DNA of 64,000 nt. Source: Candidatus Gottesmanbacteria bacterium. GTDB taxonomy: Bacteria; Patescibacteriota; Microgenomatia; UBA10105; UBA927. Made by a program: the position numbers and the translations under genes. The stretch spans positions 22,690 through 86,689 of the forward strand of contig CAIJMI010000003.1 in assembly GCA_903821745.1 (NCBI GenBank), given 5' to 3'. Shown here piece by piece: positions 58,753-64,000 of the stretch (positions are counted from its first letter, which is position 1; every line of letters starts with the position of its first letter). The notes under the pieces were generated by a model. That model was given only the letters and a program-made list of their open reading frames with translations. It searched no databases and was not told the DNA's origin.

Positions 58753-59435
58753 ACCAGATGCCTTCTCTCTAACTCTTTTTTAATCACATCCACCACTTCT
58801 TCTTGAGACCAATGTGTAGAATCAAGTTCCCATGAATCAGAAAGTTTTTGTAATGGATCAGTTGCCCGTTCCATATCTTGTTTGTCCCGTGATTTTGTTT
58901 CTTTAACCACTTCTTCCATCGGTACATCAATCCCCTTAAGTTTCCATTGTTCATACCGACGTTTTGCACGTTCTTCGAGTGATGCAGTTAAAAATATTTT
59001 CAGCTGTGCATTGGGTAATACCCGCAGTCCAATATCTCTTCCCTCCATTACAACAGGCTGATCATCGGCTAGTTGTTGTTGACGAGTTACCATGACTTTA
59101 CGCACATTCGGATAGACACTCACATCTGATGCACCACTTGCTGTATCTGGCTCCATAATCCGTTCTGTTACATCTTCGCCGTTTAACTTCGCAAGGAATG
59201 TTTCTTTACTTCCTTTTTCAGGACGAACAAGTTCTATATGACTTTTTTCTAATACAGCAAATACTGCTTTTTCGTCTTTGAATGACACATCTTCTTGAAT
59301 GCACGCAAGTGCAAGCATACGATACATTGCACCAGTGTAGATATATAAAAGATGTAACTCTTTTGCGAGTCTTGCTGCGATATCTCCTTTTCCTGCAGCT
59401 ACTGGTCCATCGATAGCAATCTGTAATGCGCTCAT
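58749..59435 (-). CDS. cmk: Cytidylate kinase
   Basis: IAIDGP.AAGKG, TGAMYR, EGRDIG, RD..D. Confidence 0.93.
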   Translation of the reverse strand: MSALQIAIDGPVAAGKGDIAARLAKELHLLYIYTGAMYRMLALACIQEDVSFKDEKAVFAVLEKSHIELVRPEKGSKETFLAKLNGEDVTERIMEPDTASGASDVSVYPNVRKVMVTRQQQLADDQPVVMEGRDIGLRVLPNAQLKIFLTASLEERAKRRYEQWKLKGIDVPMEEVVKETKSRDKQDMERATDPLQKLSDSWELDSTHWSQEEVVDVIKKELERRHLV

Positions 59436-60025
59436 ATTTTTTTTGTTTCCTCAACTGCTTTCATAATATCATTATGCACTTCTTCAATACTTCTATTTGC
59501 GTTAATATGGACAAGTTTTACTCCTGATTTTGTGTAGTAATCCAATACTTCTTTTTCTCCTTCTTTATAAATAGCAAGTCTGCTCTTTATCCGTTCCGGT
59601 GAGTCATGAAGTTCTGTACTTCCCGGATACATTGGGCGGCCTCGTTTTATCAACCGATCGTATGACACATCTTCCGGAAGATCCAAAAAAATAACGAGTT
59701 CCACTTTATATCCATATTTATCAATCTTATCATCCAAAAATTTTACCTGATCCACGTTTCTTGGATATCCATCCATAATCCACGCACCTTTTGCATCATC
59801 TTCCTTGAGTCTCCATTTCCATAATACTTCCATTTCAGAATTTGCAACGTATTTGCCTTCATCAAGTGCTTGCTTACACACGGCACCGATAATACCTTTA
59901 TCATTTGCTGCTGCATCACGCACTAAATCACCACTGGTAAGAATAGGAATTTTTAATTCATCTGCCAACAGTTTTGCTTGTGTTCCTTTACCAGACCCTT
60001 CCGGACCAAAAAAAACAATATGCAT
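59432..60025 (-). CDS. adk: Adenylate kinase
   Basis: GPEGSGKGTQA, GDLVR, DGYPR; follows secY. Confidence 0.9.
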   Translation of the reverse strand: MHIVFFGPEGSGKGTQAKLLADELKIPILTSGDLVRDAAANDKGIIGAVCKQALDEGKYVANSEMEVLWKWRLKEDDAKGAWIMDGYPRNVDQVKFLDDKIDKYGYKVELVIFLDLPEDVSYDRLIKRGRPMYPGSTELHDSPERIKSRLAIYKEGEKEVLDYYTKSGVKLVHINANRSIEEVHNDIMKAVEETKKI

Positions 60026-60111
60026 GCCATATTAGACTCACCACTTACTTCAAAAACACAAAAAATTAACTTCTTGTATTTCTCTCGTAAATGGTAAGAA
60101 TCCTTTGAAAA

Positions 60112-61401
60112 TTAATCCTTTAAATAGCCGTCATAGTTTCGCATGACGAGCTGCGCTTCTAATGTTTTTACTGTTTCAAGTACAACCGATACAACGATCA
60201 AAACACTTGTTCCTCCAATAAGAAGTGTTGTCATCCCTGTTAGACCCCTGGCAAGAGATGGCAATATTGCAATCATCCCAAGAAACACAGCTCCTGCAAG
60301 AGTAATTCTTGTTAAAATATAATTTAAATATGCTGCCGTCGGGCTTCCGGGACGAATACCTGGAATAAAGCCACCGTACTTTTGAATTTCTTCAGAAATC
60401 TTTTTCGGATTGAAGGTGATTGCGGTGTAGAAATACGTAAACCCAATAACAAGTACAAAATAAAAAATGTTGTAAAACGCGCCGTTTGGATTAAAAAGAT
60501 ACGTCAGTCCATTTCCTAAACTGGCAAACGCGGGATTTGGAAGCTGTTTCAAAAATCCTCCAATAAGTGATGGAAGTAGCACCATGGAGACAGCAAAGAT
60601 AATTGGAATCACCCCTGCCTGATTCACGCGAAGCGGTAAAAATGATGCACCACCACCATAAATTTTATTTCCCCGTACACGTCTGGCGTATTGTACTGTT
60701 ACTTTTCTCACTGCTTCATTCACAATAACTGTGGCTGCAATAACAACAAATCCGAGCGCCAATACAAATATCATATTCATAACAGATTCAGATGTTGCAG
60801 CTGTAAATGCCTGTCCAAACGTTACTGGCATTCTTCCAACGATACCCGCAAATATCAAAAGGGAAATTCCATTCCCTATACCATATTCCGTAATAAGTTC
60901 ACCAATCCACATCACAAACATGGTTCCAGCAGTCATCGTCAAAATAATCGTGATAAATGTCAATGGATCAACAGTTAAAATCATTTGTTGATTCCGAAGT
61001 AACGCAACCATACCGATGGCCTGAATTGTTGCAAGCGGTACGGTTAGAAAACGTGTGTATTGATTAATCTGTTCTCTTCCCGATTCCCCTTCCTTTGCCA
61101 GCTCCTCCAGTTTTGGAAAAACGATTTGAAGAAGCTGCAGAATAATGGATGCGTTGATGTACGGGTTAATACCGAGCGCAAGAATAGAAAAATTTACTAA
61201 GGTTCCTCCAGAAAAAACATCCAAGAGTGCTAAGAATTGATTTTGAGAAAACAACACGGCAAGTTTCGTTGTATCAACGCCAGGAATTGGAATGTGTGCA
61301 AACATTCTAAATATGATAAAAAGACCGGCGGTAAGCAAAATTTTCCTTCGAAGTGCAGGCGTTTTCCAACTGGATATCAGTGGTGCAAGTAGCGTATTCA
61401 T
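60112..61401 (-). CDS. secY: Preprotein translocase SecY
   Basis: [35 protein letters not shown]. Confidence 0.97.
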   Translation of the reverse strand: MNTLLAPLISSWKTPALRRKILLTAGLFIIFRMFAHIPIPGVDTTKLAVLFSQNQFLALLDVFSGGTLVNFSILALGINPYINASIILQLLQIVFPKLEELAKEGESGREQINQYTRFLTVPLATIQAIGMVALLRNQQMILTVDPLTFITIILTMTAGTMFVMWIGELITEYGIGNGISLLIFAGIVGRMPVTFGQAFTAATSESVMNMIFVLALGFVVIAATVIVNEAVRKVTVQYARRVRGNKIYGGGASFLPLRVNQAGVIPIIFAVSMVLLPSLIGGFLKQLPNPAFASLGNGLTYLFNPNGAFYNIFYFVLVIGFTYFYTAITFNPKKISEEIQKYGGFIPGIRPGSPTAAYLNYILTRITLAGAVFLGMIAILPSLARGLTGMTTLLIGGTSVLIVVSVVLETVKTLEAQLVMRNYDGYLKD

Positions 61402-61436
61402 GTGAACACAATCTACAATACTACGAACAGCCGGTA

Positions 61437-61868
61437 TTATTCAACAACCACTTTTCCACCAGCAGCCGTAATGAGTTTTGTGCTTCCTTTTGAGCAGGCA
61501 ACATGAACAACATATGCATGCTCAACTTTTGCTTTACCAAGTATTTTAATTCGCGTTGCTTTTTTAGATACAAATCCTAGCTTAACCAGTATTTCTTTTG
61601 TAATGTCCCCTGCAGGAAGTGTAGAAAGACGTGTAAGTTGCACTTCTGATACACCATCTTTTTGAGATGCATTTCGCATTTTTCCTCGAAGCAGAGGAAG
61701 TCTCTTTATCAGAGACAATTGTCCGCCTTCAAAACCAATTGGCATATGGTCACGCGCATTTTGGCCTTTGGTTCCCCGACCCGATGTTTTTACTTTTCCG
61801 GAACCGTGTCCACGGCCAATGCGTTTTTTTGTGCGTTTTACAATAGATGGAAATTGTGCGAGTTTCAT
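61437..61868 (-). CDS. rplO: 50S ribosomal protein L15
   Basis: GRGHGSG, GRGTKGQ, FEGGQ. Confidence 0.96.
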   Translation of the reverse strand: MKLAQFPSIVKRTKKRIGRGHGSGKVKTSGRGTKGQNARDHMPIGFEGGQLSLIKRLPLLRGKMRNASQKDGVSEVQLTRLSTLPAGDITKEILVKLGFVSKKATRIKILGKAKVEHAYVVHVACSKGSTKLITAAGGKVVVE

Positions 61869-61881
61869 AGATTCTTTTTCC

Positions 61882-62346
61882 TTACTTTCGAATATGAATA
61901 ATTTTTAATTTCTTCAGCGCTTCCATCGTTGCATAGACATTCGATGCTTGATTCTTGCTACCAAGAATTTTTGATACCACATCTTTCACTCCTGCTGCTT
62001 CCATGACAGAACGCACTGCTCCACCTGCAATAACTCCGGTTCCTGGTGGTGCGGGCTTAATCAAAATCATCGCAGCTCCTCGTTTAACCAATACTTCGTG
62101 AGGAATTGTTTTATTGTGCATTGGTACCAAGATCATGTGTTTTTTTGCATAAATAACTGCTTTTTTGACAGCACTTGAAACATCTGGAGCACCGCCAAGT
62201 CCAACTCCGACACGTCCTTTTTTATCTCCGACAACAATCAAAACGGAAAATCCAATTTTATTTCCGCCTTTTGTTTTTTTGGAAACGCGGTTTACTTGAA
62301 CAACTTTTTCATCAAATTCTGATGGTGCACGACGATTATCTATCAT
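61882..62346 (-). CDS. rpsE: 30S ribosomal protein S5
   Basis: RVSKKTKGG, PAPPGTGVIAGG. Confidence 0.96.
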   Translation of the reverse strand: MIDNRRAPSEFDEKVVQVNRVSKKTKGGNKIGFSVLIVVGDKKGRVGVGLGGAPDVSSAVKKAVIYAKKHMILVPMHNKTIPHEVLVKRGAAMILIKPAPPGTGVIAGGAVRSVMEAAGVKDVVSKILGSKNQASNVYATMEALKKLKIIHIRK

Positions 62347-62681
62347 ATCGTTATTCCTCCCTCACGGACCGTATCTGCTACCATTTTCACGACACCGTGA
62401 TATTTATATCCTCCGCGATCAAATACCATCGTTGTTATGTGTTTTTCTTTTGCTTTTGCAACCACTGCTTCGCCAATTTTTTTTGCGTGTGCCATATTTT
62501 TTCCATCGCCTTGAACGGAAAATACTGTCACTTTTTTTACATCATCAACGACCTGCACATCAATTGCTTTGTTTGATCGATAGACAGAAAGTCTTGGTCG
62601 ATCTCCTGTGCCGCGAACTTTTGCACGAATTCGTGCAACACGTTTTGATTGAATCAGTTTTTTTGATTTTCGTTTTATCAT
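62343..62681 (-). CDS. rplR: 50S ribosomal protein L18
   Basis: RPRLSVYRSN, FDRGGYKYHG. Confidence 0.96.
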   Translation of the reverse strand: MIKRKSKKLIQSKRVARIRAKVRGTGDRPRLSVYRSNKAIDVQVVDDVKKVTVFSVQGDGKNMAHAKKIGEAVVAKAKEKHITTMVFDRGGYKYHGVVKMVADTVREGGITI

Positions 62682-62693
62682 AGTACTACTCCC

Positions 62694-63254
62694 TTATTTT
62701 GCGCCACCCGCTCCGCCGATTGCTTTTGCTGATTTTCCTGCTTTCTTTCGAATGTGTTCACCGACGTATTTAATTCCTTTTCCTTTATATGGTTCTGGTT
62801 TTCGAACTTCTCTGATATTTGCTGCAATTTGTCCGACAATTTGTTTATTAATACCGGATACAACAATTTTTCCTTCAACAACGGCAAGTGTTATTCCTTC
62901 TGGAGGAACAATCGTTACCTGATGAGAAAATCCAACTGACAATACTAAATTGTTTCCAGACATTGTCGCTCGATATCCAACTCCGGCAAGTTCTAATGTT
63001 TTTGTCCATCCAGTCGTAACACCAACAAGCATGTTTGCAAGTTCTGCGCGGACAAAACCATGCAGTGCATTATATTTTGTATCCTGTTTTACACATTCGA
63101 TGGTGATTTCTTTCTCACCCGTAACAACCGTAATGTTTTCTGGAAGTGTGAGAAAAAGTTGCCCTTTTGGTCCTTTCACCGTCACGTTTTTCCCTTCAAC
63201 GGTGATGGTTGCTTCTTTTTTTGTTTCAATTGGTGATTTTCCTATTCGTGACAT
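62694..63254 (-). CDS. rplF: 50S ribosomal protein L6
   Basis: MSRIGK, GVGYRA, PEPYKGKG. Confidence 0.96.
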   Translation of the reverse strand: MSRIGKSPIETKKEATITVEGKNVTVKGPKGQLFLTLPENITVVTGEKEITIECVKQDTKYNALHGFVRAELANMLVGVTTGWTKTLELAGVGYRATMSGNNLVLSVGFSHQVTIVPPEGITLAVVEGKIVVSGINKQIVGQIAANIREVRKPEPYKGKGIKYVGEHIRKKAGKSAKAIGGAGGAK

Positions 63255-63273
63255 ATATTTCTTGCCTTCCGTA

Positions 63274-63654
63274 TTACCAAATTTCACACAATAATTCTCC
63301 GCCAATGCCAAGTTTCTTTGCAGCGCGTCCTGTCATCATTCCTTTTGATGTTGAAAGGATTGCTGTTCCCATTCCGGAAAATACTTTCGGTATTTCATTT
63401 TTATCGATATACCATCGCAGTCCCGGTTTGCTGACTCGTTTGACTCCTGAAATGGCAGACGGCTTCAATACCATATGAAGAATAAATTTTGGCATGACTC
63501 CATTCTTTTTGAAACTTTCGATATATTGTTCTCCCACAAGAATTTCCGCGAGTGCTGCTTTCATATTTGAATATGGAAGATCTACACTCTTTCTTCCCGC
63601 AGCAGCGGCATTTTTTATTTGAATTAACATGTCTCCAATAGGATCATTTACCAT
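63274..63654 (-). CDS. rpsH: 30S ribosomal protein S8
   Basis: DPIGDML, SKPGLR, STSKG, GGE. Confidence 0.96.
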   Translation of the reverse strand: MVNDPIGDMLIQIKNAAAAGRKSVDLPYSNMKAALAEILVGEQYIESFKKNGVMPKFILHMVLKPSAISGVKRVSKPGLRWYIDKNEIPKVFSGMGTAILSTSKGMMTGRAAKKLGIGGELLCEIW

Positions 63655-63667
63655 AATGTATTCCCCT

Positions 63668-63853
63668 TTACCACGATGCCTTTACAACTCCCGGCAATTC
63701 GCCTTTATGTGCAAGATCTCGAAAACAAATCCTGCAAATACCGAATTTTCGAATATATGACCGTGACCGCCCACACAAGTTACAGCGGTTCTTATGCCGA
63801 ACTGCAAACTTTTGTTTTTCATCAAATTTAACGACGTCAGATGTTTTAGCCAT
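63668..63853 (-). CDS. rpsN: 30S ribosomal protein S14 (Zn type)
   Basis: [21 protein letters not shown]. Confidence 0.95.
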   Translation of the reverse strand: MAKTSDVVKFDEKQKFAVRHKNRCNLCGRSRSYIRKFGICRICFRDLAHKGELPGVVKASW

Positions 63854-63860
63854 AGTCTCC

Positions 63861-64000
63861 TTATACTGCAAACGGTAATCCTAACAATTTTAATAATAAT
63901 TTTGCTTGTTCATCAGTCTCTGCACTTGTTACGAATGTTGCTTCAAATCCCCGAACGTGATCAACGATTGCGTATTCAAGATCTGGAAATATTGTCTGTT
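63861..64000 (-). CDS. rplE: 50S ribosomal protein L5, C-terminal part
   Basis: Manual translation QTIFPDLEY...[11 protein letters not shown]...LGLPF. Confidence 0.9.
   Translation of the reverse strand, partial: QTIFPDLEYAIVDHVRGFEATFVTSAETDEQAKLLLKLLGLPFAV

Noticed and set aside
6-63478. Numerous short ORFs antisense or out of frame to recognised genes (e.g. 6..275, 49529..50065, 51631..52149, 56795..57292)
   Set aside because: Shadow frames of well-supported genes with no recognisable motifs or start signals
8717-63871. Long N-terminal extensions in the ORF track for OFOR alpha, miaA, recX, hup, rpsM, rplF, rpsN and the 53480 gene
   Set aside because: The extensions overlap upstream genes or leaders; downstream ATGs match family N-termini and start signals
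1-64000. CRISPR arrays, IS elements, prophage, introns/inteins, alternative genetic code
   Set aside because: No repeat-spacer series, transposase or phage genes; recA and tRNAs are uninterrupted; TGA ends genes normally (serS, lysS, adk, cmk)

Overview
Gene-dense, AT-rich chromosomal window with no prophage, IS element or CRISPR array visible. It most likely comes from a Patescibacteria/CPR bacterium of the Microgenomates type (inference: rpmD/L30 is missing from the spc operon, AspRS is short, several CPR-style hypotheticals occur, and TGA is used as a stop, so code 11). Contents: four aminoacyl-tRNA synthetases, lon, an Rrf2-sufCBDSU-ferredoxin-2-oxoacid:ferredoxin oxidoreductase operon, a redox/oxidative-stress cluster (cytochrome b5, rubrerythrin, Bcp, a second GreA), DNA repair genes, secDF, RNase P RNA, miaAB, HU, rny, recA/recX, three tRNAs without encoded CCA, and the distal spc/alpha ribosomal operons. 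Best leads: (1) a perfect 12-3-12 inverted repeat on the Rrf2/SUF promoter; (2) widespread extended -10 boxes 6-9 nt before start codons, including a 20-bp near-palindrome holding two start codons and two promoters; (3) a recurring CTGCCCG motif in the leaders of hup, recA and a wHTH gene; (4) a cytochrome b5 plus His-repeat 2-TM protein pair; (5) C55 T-loops in tRNA-Glu and tRNA-Gln; (6) several structured leaders; (7) an orphan PPDK-N-like ATP-grasp protein; (8) a frameshifted alkD-like gene and an apparent ATA start codon. All assignments come from motif recognition by eye. No database search or folding computation was run.
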